Virus genome (UHGV): UHGV-1600942
DNA: 18,186 nucleotides
Origin: a virus
Direction: 5' to 3' (one strand)
In this document: positions 7,602 through 15,044 of the stretch, piece after piece
Position numbering within the stretch: the first letter of the stretch is position 1
Layout of the letters: every line of letters begins with the position of its first letter
Translations under genes and position numbers: made by a program
The notes under the pieces: model-generated
What the model was told of the DNA's origin: nothing
Databases searched by the model: none
The model's input: the letters and a program-made list of their open reading frames with translations, nothing else

Positions 7602-8597
7602 TCAGGCCAGCACGCCAATTGCCAGCGCGCGATCGATAAAACGAAATATCAGCTCCAGCTGGGAGCCATACTTCTCTTCAAATGCCACGGTATCCGCATG
7701 CAGCTCGTCGTGATGCTTTCTGCACAAAGGCAACACAAAGAGGTCATGCGCTTTTGTACCCATTCCCCCCTGACCGTGGCCTATCAGGTGGTGGGGATCA
7801 TCAGCGGGCTTTCCACAACATGCACACGGCTGTGTCTTAACCCAGCGCGTGTACTTTTCATTAACCCAGCGGCGACGTTTTGGGCGTAACATAAAAGACT
7901 CCGGCGACTCCGGATCCACTTTCAGCGCCAGCACCTTTTTTGCCTTATCCTGGATGATGCTGGTGGCAGGAACCGAAGGCACAAGGTCACTTTCCCGGGT
8001 GACAGACGGCACAACAGGCTTTGGTAATCTCAGTGCCTTACGGGCTGCACTTTCCGGTAAGGCATCCGCCAGGTCATTACGAATCAGCCACCAGCACAGT
8101 TCCGGCATTGTCACAACGTGACTATCATCAAAACCGAGATCCCGACGCACAACAGACAACACCCAGCGGGCACAGTTATCCGTTGCCATTGATTCCAGCC
8201 GTTCCGTGAACTGATCGCGCAGCTGGTTATCACAGTGCCAGCACAGACGGATTGCGCCCGGAGCGTGTCGCATTGTGGTCATGTTCTCGCTGTGCCAGTC
8301 GGAATGAGGCCACTGGCAGCCTTTTTCACGAAGTAACCAGCTTTCAAGACATTCCACGCCACCAGCACGACGGATCACTGCCTCATTGCGGAACACGGCC
8401 CGAACAGCAGGATCATCCGCCAGCGGTTGTGATGCCGCGGGAACGGCACCACTGGCGAAAGATGAATAACGTTCCGGCTCAGGCTCCAGCAGTACACGCC
8501 CCTGCATAAACAGGGGCATCAGCTCTGAACCTGGTCTGAACAATACGATCCCCATACGCGGGGCTATTTCAGGGGTCAGTAGTGCTCTCACGGTCAC
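7602..8597 (-). CDS. DUF968-family nin-region protein with C-terminal HNH-like zinc motif
   Basis: 331-aa ORF; C-terminus CACCGKPADDPHHLIGHG...CRKHHDELH. Start codon uncertain (GTG at 8597, or internal ATGs). Confidence 0.75.
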   Translation of the reverse strand: MTVRALLTPEIAPRMGIVLFRPGSELMPLFMQGRVLLEPEPERYSSFASGAVPAASQPLADDPAVRAVFRNEAVIRRAGGVECLESWLLREKGCQWPHSDWHSENMTTMRHAPGAIRLCWHCDNQLRDQFTERLESMATDNCARWVLSVVRRDLGFDDSHVVTMPELCWWLIRNDLADALPESAARKALRLPKPVVPSVTRESDLVPSVPATSIIQDKAKKVLALKVDPESPESFMLRPKRRRWVNEKYTRWVKTQPCACCGKPADDPHHLIGHGQGGMGTKAHDLFVLPLCRKHHDELHADTVAFEEKYGSQLELIFRFIDRALAIGVLA

Positions 8598-8598
8598 C

Positions 8599-9408
8599 TC
8601 AATGAACGGTATCGAGCAACTTTAACAGCTCAGGGAATCGGGATTCGAAGAAATGCGGCTGCGTCTCGCGCGGATTTGCGGGACTGGTGATGTTCTTGCC
8701 GAACATGCAGCCTTTCGCCGTCAGCGACCAGAATTTTTTGATGTTGTTAATCGCAGTGCGGCTGTATCGTTCACGTTGTTCAACGATCCCCAGCTTCGCC
8801 ATCTGGTGATATGCCTGATTAGCTGTCAGGCGGATACCATACTGCTTCAGCAGTGCACTCAATGATAGCGTGGGGCGGCTTGAGCCATCAGGCGCGTCAG
8901 CAGGAGCATCAATGGCATAGCGCGGTGCCAGATTCGGTAAGCCAACAGCCTCCTGGAGTTTCTGACAGGCACCAAGCACTGAAGAGTTAGACAGGTTTAA
9001 CTCCCGGCGCATAAAGTCCAGCAGGATCACGCCAGCCTGCATCTTGTCAGCAGCCTGTCCGGATAATTTTTCCGGTGCGCTGGTTACCATATCGAAAGTA
9101 CGGATCACCTTCAGATGGAATGACGGGCTGATCCACATTGCATAGGCATACACCAGTTCCTTGCAGACATACGTTCCCCGTTCATTTCCCCCATGAATCA
9201 CACTCACCGGGTCAACACCCAAATTCTGGGTGTTGGTCAATTCATGAACAAGCTCAACAGTTTGTTGGCTGGAAAGAAACTTTCCCGGCTCCTTGGTTCT
9301 GGCATTTGCACCAGATGCTACTGCTGCGCGATGCAGATCGTTCAGGCTGTAACGCCCATAAGCATCACGACGAACTTCAATACCATCAATGACCATCAGA
9401 TTATTCAT
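8599..9408 (-). CDS. KilA-N domain protein (antirepressor-like)
   Basis: 269 aa; N-terminal region (VIDGIEVRRDAYGRYSLNDLHRAA...) resembles the KilA-N/APSES DNA-binding domain. GAGGAG SD 9 nt upstream. Confidence 0.75.
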   Translation of the reverse strand: MNNLMVIDGIEVRRDAYGRYSLNDLHRAAVASGANARTKEPGKFLSSQQTVELVHELTNTQNLGVDPVSVIHGGNERGTYVCKELVYAYAMWISPSFHLKVIRTFDMVTSAPEKLSGQAADKMQAGVILLDFMRRELNLSNSSVLGACQKLQEAVGLPNLAPRYAIDAPADAPDGSSRPTLSLSALLKQYGIRLTANQAYHQMAKLGIVEQRERYSRTAINNIKKFWSLTAKGCMFGKNITSPANPRETQPHFFESRFPELLKLLDTVH

Positions 9409-9427
9409 ACTTCGTTTCTCCTCTTAA

Positions 9428-9817
9428 TCAGGCGGCTGCACCCGCCGTTTTCTCGTACTTACTGATAGTGATCTCGACCTTCCCTTCCGGGATAACCGGT
9501 CCCCACTCCACCAGCATTCTTTTCACCTGACTGTCGTCTTCCCACACACCCGCGTGGGTCAGGGCGTCAAACAGCGCCTTGTTATAGTTGTCCAGATCGC
9601 GGATCCGGTTATCCGGAGGAAACAACACGATCTCCACTGAAGCAGGTGCCGACGTTGGTTTCGGCAGACGACGTAACTGCTCAACTATTGCTGCGCACGC
9701 CGCGCTCTGGAATTTTCGCCCCGCCGCGCTTATCAGACTCTTACCAGCAAACGCCCCTTTGTTGGGGTGTCGCCAGTACGTGTTCACGCTGGGCGGGAAA
9801 GGCAAGATCAGCTTCAT
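9428..9817 (-). CDS. rusA: Holliday-junction resolvase RusA
   Basis: 129 aa; motifs PPSVNTYW and RDLDNYNKALFDALT match the RusA family. GAGAGAGG SD. Confidence 0.9.
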   Translation of the reverse strand: MKLILPFPPSVNTYWRHPNKGAFAGKSLISAAGRKFQSAACAAIVEQLRRLPKPTSAPASVEIVLFPPDNRIRDLDNYNKALFDALTHAGVWEDDSQVKRMLVEWGPVIPEGKVEITISKYEKTAGAAA

Positions 9818-10140
9818 ACTTTCAGGCCTCTCTCATGTAACCAGTGGGCTGCACGCAGCCTGGCGTTTTCCTCACCGGCAAGCAGTGCGCGGATAATCCC
9901 GACCGCCTCGCTGTCGTCGTCCTTCACCGCGGTATGAAGCGTTATCCCCCGGGCCACGCCACGCTTTATCGTGATGACGCCTTTTTTCTCCAGTGCACGA
10001 AGATGCTCTACCGCTGCATTCACTGAACGGTATCCCAGCATGGTTGCCACCTCCTGATTGGTTGGCGGAAAGCCACGCTCTTTCTGGTAAGAAATCAGCA
10101 TATCCAGCACCTGCTGCTGGCATTGAGTTAACGTCGTCAT
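9814..10140 (-). CDS. LexA N-terminal DNA-binding-domain homolog lacking the S24 peptidase domain
   Basis: 108 aa; QQQVLDMLISYQKERGFPPTNQEVATMLGYRSVNAAVEHLRALEKKGVI closely parallels the LexA winged-helix domain. No Ser/Lys protease domain follows. Translationally coupled to flanking genes. Confidence 0.7.
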   Translation of the reverse strand: MTTLTQCQQQVLDMLISYQKERGFPPTNQEVATMLGYRSVNAAVEHLRALEKKGVITIKRGVARGITLHTAVKDDDSEAVGIIRALLAGEENARLRAAHWLHERGLKV

Positions 10141-10790
10141 GCCGCCATCTCCCTGACCAGTTTTTCCGCCTGCTGGCGAACCTGCACCAGAAAGGCTTCA
10201 CCACATGCCTCAAGTTCATCGCGCCCGATGTAGCTGATTGCCGGTCCCTTCCAGGTCTTGTCGAAAACAGCAATAGCACCAGCGAAGAAAGCGCCTGTCG
10301 GCACCTGCTTCTCATCCTTCGGGATAAACCAGGCAGGCAGTTCAAAACCAATACGCCCGCGAATAAAAGCAATATGGTCCGCATCTTCCGGCCACCACAC
10401 TTCGCTGGTGGCAGCTTTGATCAGGAAAACATAGCGCCCGCCCTTATCACGCATGGCACTGGCATGTTTCATGATGTAACGCATGCCGGTGATGTATTGC
10501 CCCTCATGCTGACTGGCGCGGCTGTATGGGGGATTACCAAAGGCAGCACCTTTAAGCTCCGCAAGACGTTCTGACCAGTCATGCGCCAGCGCGTTATCTT
10601 CCGCCGTGTAATACGCGGCACATTTGGCGTTATCACCGTCAGTAAACAGATCCAGAACAAACGGGCCAAACAGGGTGTTAATTCCCCAGAAAATGTTGTC
10701 CGGCGTGCGCCACTGATCGCCCACTTCCTTCAGTTCATGGGCTGGTTTGTTCCGCAATTCCACCAGCGCCTGGCAATATTTATTACTCAT
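10137..10790 (-). CDS. Phage Dam-type N6-adenine DNA methyltransferase
   Basis: Track ORF 10137..10823; likely start MSNKYCQ... at ATG 10788-10790, overlapping the upstream stop. Catalytic NPPY motif (GNPPYS). Confidence 0.85.
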   Translation of the reverse strand: MSNKYCQALVELRNKPAHELKEVGDQWRTPDNIFWGINTLFGPFVLDLFTDGDNAKCAAYYTAEDNALAHDWSERLAELKGAAFGNPPYSRASQHEGQYITGMRYIMKHASAMRDKGGRYVFLIKAATSEVWWPEDADHIAFIRGRIGFELPAWFIPKDEKQVPTGAFFAGAIAVFDKTWKGPAISYIGRDELEACGEAFLVQVRQQAEKLVREMAA

Positions 10791-11284
10791 TAAGCCCCCA
10801 CGTAATTCCCTGACAGATACCACTCTTCACCCGATGCAGCGCGCTTGCTGCTTTTCCGTAAGCACCGCTCACGACGCGCCAGAAAATTGTTTCGTTCTGG
10901 CTGGGAGTGGCTTTCACGGAATGCCGCCATCCACACGGTTGCAGCACGACGGTATAAGCCCATGGACTCCAGTTCTTCAGCCTGGCGGGTCAGGCACAAA
11001 ATCACCCGTGGATCGTTAGTGCCGACATAGAAATTGCGCACAGGTCTGGTTTCTCGAACTGGTTGTGGTTCCGGTTCCTGCGCTCTCTCAGTCAGGCGCG
11101 GGAAATGTCTGCGTGTATCTCCTTCACAACGGTGAGCCACACGCCCACTCTGACGTAACTTGCTTGCTGACTGCAGAACGCGCTGCCGTGAGTAACCTGC
11201 AAAAGCATCCGCAATGTCTCCGGAAGTACATCCCGGATGGGCTTCAATGAATTTCTGAACTTCATTCAAAAGACTCATGATCAC
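10790..11284 (-). CDS. Hypothetical protein with possible N-terminal winged helix
   Basis: 164-aa ORF coupled to the replication initiator upstream (GTG start overlaps its stop; alternative ATG at 11276-11278) and to Dam downstream. Confidence 0.6.
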   Translation of the reverse strand: MIMSLLNEVQKFIEAHPGCTSGDIADAFAGYSRQRVLQSASKLRQSGRVAHRCEGDTRRHFPRLTERAQEPEPQPVRETRPVRNFYVGTNDPRVILCLTRQAEELESMGLYRRAATVWMAAFRESHSQPERNNFLARRERCLRKSSKRAASGEEWYLSGNYVGA

Positions 11285-12222
11285 CCCCTGAATCCTGCCG
11301 GGATCTGGCTGTAGTCCACGTTGTCGTAACTGGATTTGAAGTACGGGTCTTCGCGTTTTTCGATGTACGTGCTGACGGACGGTGATAAGCGCAGGGAAAG
11401 CTCATCCCATTTTTCCCGCAACTTCGACGGGCTGAGCACGTTACGGCACCAGAACGGATCGCGGCTGACGCGGCTGTACATCTCGCAGATTTGTTTGTGA
11501 GTACGACCATCCTGCACACACATCAGGCGAATTTCGTTTGCCCAGGCTGTCCAGTTCGGTTCTTTGGGACGAACCACCTTGCCGTCACATTCGGCGGCTT
11601 GCTCGTACAGGGCGATGATTTTTTTCCAGAGCCACTGTGCGCAGGTCAAATCATCCTGCGTTCCCCACTGGCGCTTTTTAGGGCTGAATACAACCGCATC
11701 AGGATGGCGAGTTAAAAAATCCTGTTCATCCGTCTGCGTGTCCGGTTGCGAAGCGTCCGGACGAGAAGGTTTTTTATCTGACGGATCATGTTTTGATTTT
11801 ACTGACGGATCCCCGCCAGATTCTGACGGGTGAAAACCCGCTTTTTTGCCAGATTTCGACGCATCAAATTTTGACGGGTCAGATTTTGATGCGTCAGATT
11901 TTGACGGGTCAGAATCTGACAGTTGAGAAAATGCCGCTGCCTGAAGCTTCGCAACGTTAAGCTGATAAACATTCGACGCATTGCGGTTACCCTGGCGACG
12001 CGCCTTACGCGTTAACCAGCCTTCTGCTTCCAGCCGTGCGATAGCCGTCCTGACGGTACTCATCCCCGCGCCAATCTGACGGGCAATGGTTTCAATTGAT
12101 GGCCAGCACACACCTTCGTCATTACTGAAATCAGCCAGGCGGGCCATAATTGCCACGCTGGATAATTTCATGCCTGACGCAGCGCAACCATCCCATACAT
12201 AGCCGGTTAATTTAGTGCTCAT
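11281..12222 (-). CDS. Replication initiator (lambda O-like) with internal origin repeats
   Basis: 313 aa; N-terminal HTH/winged-helix (IETIARQIGAGMSTVRTAIARLEAEGWL), a low-complexity SD(P/A)SK repeat linker encoded by the iteron array, then a C-terminal domain. AGAGG SD. Confidence 0.75.
   Translation of the reverse strand: MSTKLTGYVWDGCAASGMKLSSVAIMARLADFSNDEGVCWPSIETIARQIGAGMSTVRTAIARLEAEGWLTRKARRQGNRNASNVYQLNVAKLQAAAFSQLSDSDPSKSDASKSDPSKFDASKSGKKAGFHPSESGGDPSVKSKHDPSDKKPSRPDASQPDTQTDEQDFLTRHPDAVVFSPKKRQWGTQDDLTCAQWLWKKIIALYEQAAECDGKVVRPKEPNWTAWANEIRLMCVQDGRTHKQICEMYSRVSRDPFWCRNVLSPSKLREKWDELSLRLSPSVSTYIEKREDPYFKSSYDNVDYSQIPAGFRG
11776..11927. repeat. Iteron array (candidate phage origin) inside the initiator gene
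   Basis: About 8 copies of a 15-16-bp unit with core TGACGG(G/A)TC: atctgacggatca, ttactgacggatcc, agattctgacgggtga, agatttcgacgcatca, aattttgacgggtcag, attttgatgcgtcag, attttgacgggtcag, aatctgacagttgag. Confidence 0.6.
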
Positions 12223-12231
12223 GACCGACCT

Positions 12232-12570
12232 CTATTTCCCTGAATTTACAACGAAACTGTTCGAGCGGGCTGAAGCACTCATGCTCATAGCCTTCACGGA
12301 GGTAGATAACCCGTTGTGTTTCCGGCTCCCAACGAATGACTCTGACGGGCACTCCGTAGTGATCTTTGAACCAGCGGTTAACTTGTCGCAAAGGACTGTC
12401 TCCTTCTGCCGGTTGAAATCACCCACAGCCCACTCTGCAAAGCTGTGGGTTACAATTTCCCTGTCACCTAGTACATTTACTGCATAGCAATACTCCACCT
12501 TCGCTTTTCCACCCGGTACAGGAAGCGCAATCAGTTGCGAGCGACGGTAGTGTGTTGTTAAACTGTTCAT
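12232..12570 (-). CDS. Hypothetical protein
   Basis: 112-aa ORF whose ATG (12568-12570) overlaps the stop of the upstream CII-like gene (ATGA) and which ends 10 nt before the initiator start. Preferred over the overlapping plus-strand ORF 12215..12487. Confidence 0.45.
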   Translation of the reverse strand: MNSLTTHYRRSQLIALPVPGGKAKVEYCYAVNVLGDREIVTHSFAEWAVGDFNRQKETVLCDKLTAGSKITTECPSESFVGSRKHNGLSTSVKAMSMSASARSNSFVVNSGK

Positions 12571-13130
12571 GCGTTAGTTTCTCCACAGTCACGACACGCC
12601 ACGGCGCCCGGAGCTGCACACTCGCGGGCGTCACTACTTTCTGAAACGCAAAAGATTTTGTAGACCAGTGCTGCATGCTCCTGCAGCTTCGAAATTGAGA
12701 GGTACAGCTCATCGTTAATTGCTGTCTTCTCATGCGGTTCCACTACACCGTCTTCAATTGCTGAACGAATCTGTTTTGAATAACTGCCGATCTGTTCAAT
12801 GACTTCCAGCAGGCGTTGGTTGATATCGGCGTTGTCCACATCCTCGACGTCAGGAAGAGACACAAAGACGCCATTTGCAGACTGCGCCACAGCATCAGCA
12901 ATGAAGTGAGTGCCACCAGCACGCTGTAAAACCATTGCCCATCCCAGCGGGAAAATCTGATCGCCATCTGCACGAAGGCGGTTGAATAAAGCGTTTTCTG
13001 TTACATCGAGCCAGTCAGCCGCTTCAGCGTAACCACCCGGCAACGCCGCGATAGTTTTTCTGACAGCTTTCACGTACCACTCAGGCTGTTTTTCTATTTT
13101 CCAGTGATGCTTACCCACGGTTAGCCTCAT
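12567..13130 (-). CDS. Early regulatory protein (CII-like / YdaT-like, tentative)
   Basis: 187-aa ORF directly downstream of cro in the early-right operon. Family call is by position and vague recollection only. Start may be ATG 13130 or GTG at codon 4. Confidence 0.5.
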   Translation of the reverse strand: MRLTVGKHHWKIEKQPEWYVKAVRKTIAALPGGYAEAADWLDVTENALFNRLRADGDQIFPLGWAMVLQRAGGTHFIADAVAQSANGVFVSLPDVEDVDNADINQRLLEVIEQIGSYSKQIRSAIEDGVVEPHEKTAINDELYLSISKLQEHAALVYKIFCVSESSDARECAAPGAVACRDCGETNA

Positions 13131-13161
13131 CGTTCTGTGGTTAAAAATTGAAAGTGTTCTG

Positions 13162-13362
13162 CTAATCTTTCGGATAGATATCCGGTCTTAAGTCAGATTT
13201 CGTAATTGCACCTGACGTGCATTGCTCAAGTTTTTTAGCCAGCACAAAACTGGCTTTTTTATAGCCATTGAAAACCAGCCGTAAGTAGCCAGGTGTTGAG
13301 CCAACTTTTCCGGCCAACTCGCCCTGCTGTTCTTTGGTTAAAGAGTCCCAATACGCTTTCAT
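13162..13362 (-). CDS. cro: Cro-like repressor
   Basis: Track ORF 13162..13665 is an over-extension; likely start MKAYWDSLTKEQQ... at ATG 13360-13362 with GGAGG SD. 66 aa, HTH-like (ELAGKVGSTPGYLRLVF), divergent from cI. Confidence 0.75.
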   Translation of the reverse strand: MKAYWDSLTKEQQGELAGKVGSTPGYLRLVFNGYKKASFVLAKKLEQCTSGAITKSDLRPDIYPKD

Positions 13363-13365
13363 ACA

Positions 13366-13388
13366 ATATGTACCTCCGGTGTACATAT
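13366..13388. promoter_or_regulatory. Operator site A (TGTAC-N7-GTACA) overlapping candidate pR -10
   Basis: Perfect palindrome ATATGTAC-ctccggt-GTACATAT. On the minus strand a TAATAT -10 candidate overlaps its left arm and a TTGAAG -35 lies 16 nt upstream. Confidence 0.6.
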
Positions 13389-13416
13389 TACATGATTGAA
13401 ATGAACCTTCAAGATA

Positions 13417-13437
13417 CTTGTACCTTAACGGTACAAG
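13417..13437. promoter_or_regulatory. Operator site B (TGTAC-N7-GTACA) overlapping candidate pRM -35
   Basis: Perfect palindrome CTTGTACC-ttaac-GGTACAAG with the same half-site spacing as site A. Candidate pRM: -35 TTGTAC (13418-13423), 17-nt spacer, -10 TTTAAT (13441-13446), giving a near-leaderless cI mRNA. Confidence 0.55.
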
Positions 13438-13452
13438 GGTTTTAATTTCGTT

Positions 13453-14127
13453 ATGAAAACAATCCATGACATCCGGCGGTCTAACGCCAGAAAACTGAGA
13501 GATGGTGTTGGCGGGAATTCTTCCTTTGCCACTATGATTGATCGCGAGCCAACCCAGACCAGCAGGTTTATGGGAGATGGTGCTACTAAAAATATCGGTG
13601 ACAGCATGGCACGACACATCGAAAAATGTTTCGACCTGCCTGTCGGATGGCTCGATCAAGAACACCAGACAACGAACATCACAAAAAAACCTGATGTTTC
13701 AATCACTAATAAACAAATCACATTAGTCCCTGTCATATCATGGGTACAGGCCGGAGCATGGAAAGAAGTTGGATATTCTGAGGTTGATTTGAGCACAGCA
13801 GAAACGTATCCCTGCCCTGTACCCTGTGGGGAAATGACTTATATCTTGCGGGTGATAGGTGATTCAATGATTGATGAGTACCGCCCGGGAGACATGATTT
13901 TTGTCGATCCTGAAGTACCTGCCTGCCACGGTGACGACGTTATTGCATTGATGCACGATACAGGCGAAACCACCTTCAAAAGGTTGATAGAAGATGGGAC
14001 ACAGCGTTATCTCAAAGCGTTAAACCCAAACTGGCCTGAGCCTTACATTAAGATCAACGGTAATTGCTCTATAATTGGTACAGTGATTTTCTCAGGAAAA
14101 CCAAGAAGATACAAAATCAAAGCCTAA
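13453..14127 (+). CDS. cI: CI-like prophage repressor (HTH + S24 LexA-like autopeptidase)
   Basis: 224 aa; N-terminal HTH region, Ala-Gly cleavage site (WVQAG/AW), and S24 catalytic Ser (VIGDSM) and Lys (FKRL). Confidence 0.9.
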   Translation: MKTIHDIRRSNARKLRDGVGGNSSFATMIDREPTQTSRFMGDGATKNIGDSMARHIEKCFDLPVGWLDQEHQTTNITKKPDVSITNKQITLVPVISWVQAGAWKEVGYSEVDLSTAETYPCPVPCGEMTYILRVIGDSMIDEYRPGDMIFVDPEVPACHGDDVIALMHDTGETTFKRLIEDGTQRYLKALNPNWPEPYIKINGNCSIIGTVIFSGKPRRYKIKA

Positions 14128-14139
14128 TCAATGTTTATG

Positions 14140-14163
14140 AACCTGCTTCGGCAGGTTTTTTTA
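14140..14163 (+). terminator. Rho-independent terminator downstream of cI
   Basis: AACCTGC-ttcg-GCAGGTT (7-bp stem, UUCG tetraloop) followed by TTTTTTT. Confidence 0.8.
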
Positions 14164-14166
14164 TAC

Positions 14167-14194
14167 TTGACAATGTACCTTTGAGATACATAAT
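14167..14194 (+). promoter_or_regulatory. pL-like early-left promoter with embedded operator-like half-sites
   Basis: TTGACA (14167-14172), 16-nt spacer, CATAAT (14189-14194). Spacer contains TGTAC-N7-ATACA (14174-14190), resembling the TGTAC-N7-GTACA operators. Confidence 0.55.
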
Positions 14195-14284
14195 GTACCC
14201 AAGCGAAACAACGAACAGGCAGGACGCCCACGAAGTAGCCGCCTGGGGCATATGAAGTCCAGGATGATTCGTTAGCAACAAAAA

Positions 14285-14317
14285 AGCGCCCTACAGGACG
14301 CTTAGCTCTTTAACAAT
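14285..14317 (+). promoter_or_regulatory. rrn-type antitermination element (boxB-like hairpin + boxA)
   Basis: GCTCTTTAACAAT at 14305-14317 is identical to the 13-nt core of the E. coli rrn boxA (TGCTCTTTAACAATTTATCA) as I recall it. It is preceded by an A-run and a hairpin (AGCGCC-ctaca-GGaCGCT), the same boxB-then-boxA order as rrn leaders. Confidence 0.5.
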
Positions 14318-14361
14318 CTGGTCCCCATCAACAAGTAACTGATAACTTGAGGAGATGTGAA

Positions 14362-14568
14362 ATGCACAAAACAGAACCCAAAATCGTCGCGCCTGGCTAC
14401 ACAGATGAGGAAATTTATGAGTGGATGACAAAGAAGCTGGCAGCTATAAACCAGCTTCGTGAAGTGCTGTCTTATCGACAGGAAACAATAGACTCCTTAA
14501 AAAAACTGGATCAGGAAATCACGGTTTTATCACAGGATGTTACTTTAGATATTGTGCAGACAAATTAG
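14362..14568 (+). CDS. Hypothetical 68-aa protein
   Basis: ATG at 14362 preceded by GAGGAG SD with 7-nt spacer. AT-rich; predicted helical (LAAINQLREVLSYRQETIDSLKKLDQEI). No Arg-rich motif, so not N-like. 3' end overlaps the convergent ORF144 by 29 nt. Confidence 0.45.
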   Translation: MHKTEPKIVAPGYTDEEIYEWMTKKLAAINQLREVLSYRQETIDSLKKLDQEITVLSQDVTLDIVQTN

Positions 14569-14974
14569 GATCCCATTCATTTTCGTCAAAATCATCAAAG
14601 TGATGAATTTGTGATCTCCAGTCTCGATAATCTAAAAATTTCTGGGCGGTTACGCTTATTTTATCAAGTGTGAGTTCATCCTGAATTGAAAGAAGAAGTT
14701 CATCAAATTTCATCTCATTAATCTGTTTTGGCATCCAGTGATGCTTCATCAGAATAAGGTGAACCAGAGCCTTTTTCCCATTCAACTGATTATAGGGAGT
14801 GCCGAATTTCTTCCGGTGCTCATGTAAGACAAGGTCCAAAAGAGTAAGTAATGTTGCCCTTGATTCAACTTTGCTTATTTCGACTGATGACACTACCCCA
14901 CTGATTTCAATGCCCCGATACTTTCCAACATTTTCACAGTGGGATTTGTACAGCGTATAGATATTACCGGACAT
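14540..14974 (-). CDS. Hypothetical 144-aa protein (AT-rich cargo gene beside the immunity region)
   Basis: Minus-strand ORF antisense to the early-left operon. ATG 14972-14974 with AAGGAAAAG SD 6 nt upstream. Low GC; acidic C-terminal tail. I recognise no family. Confidence 0.65.
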   Translation of the reverse strand: MSGNIYTLYKSHCENVGKYRGIEISGVVSSVEISKVESRATLLTLLDLVLHEHRKKFGTPYNQLNGKKALVHLILMKHHWMPKQINEMKFDELLLSIQDELTLDKISVTAQKFLDYRDWRSQIHHFDDFDENEWDPNLSAQYLK

Positions 14975-14990
14975 TTCTTTTCCTTTTGCG

Positions 14991-15038
14991 TTGTTGGGGA
15001 TAACCAGATTAACCGAATCCTTGTTGTTGGGGAATAAC
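14991..15038. repeat. Two direct repeats TTGTTGGGGA(A)TAAC upstream of ORF144
   Basis: Copies at 14991-15004 and 15024-15038 (33-bp period), 17-65 bp upstream of the ORF144 start codon. Confidence 0.4.
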
Positions 15039-15044
15039 TAGGTC

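Noticed and set aside
9993-10574. 193-aa plus-strand ORF antisense to the Dam and LexA-like genes
   Set aside because: Entirely contained within minus-strand genes that have recognisable motifs (NPPY, LexA DBD) and translational coupling; no RBS.
11776-11927. Short tandem repeats considered as a possible CRISPR array
   Set aside because: Units are about 15 bp with no spacers of uniform length, lie inside a protein-coding gene, and no cas genes are present; they fit origin iterons.
12215-12487. 90-aa plus-strand ORF overlapping the minus-strand 112-aa ORF
   Set aside because: The minus-strand ORF is translationally coupled to both neighbours in a co-directional operon. The plus ORF has no RBS and would converge on the operon. 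Neither has a recognisable domain, so confidence is modest.
13336-13347. boxA-like sequence ACTCTTTAACCA on the minus strand inside the first codons of cro
   Set aside because: Only about 10 of 13 matches to boxA and located inside coding sequence; could be coincidence, so not listed as a feature.
14285-14303. Hairpin considered as a minus-strand terminator for the 144-aa gene (it is followed by a T-run on the minus strand)
   Set aside because: The adjacent exact rrn boxA match on the plus strand makes a boxB-like antitermination hairpin the more economical reading, though a dual role is possible.
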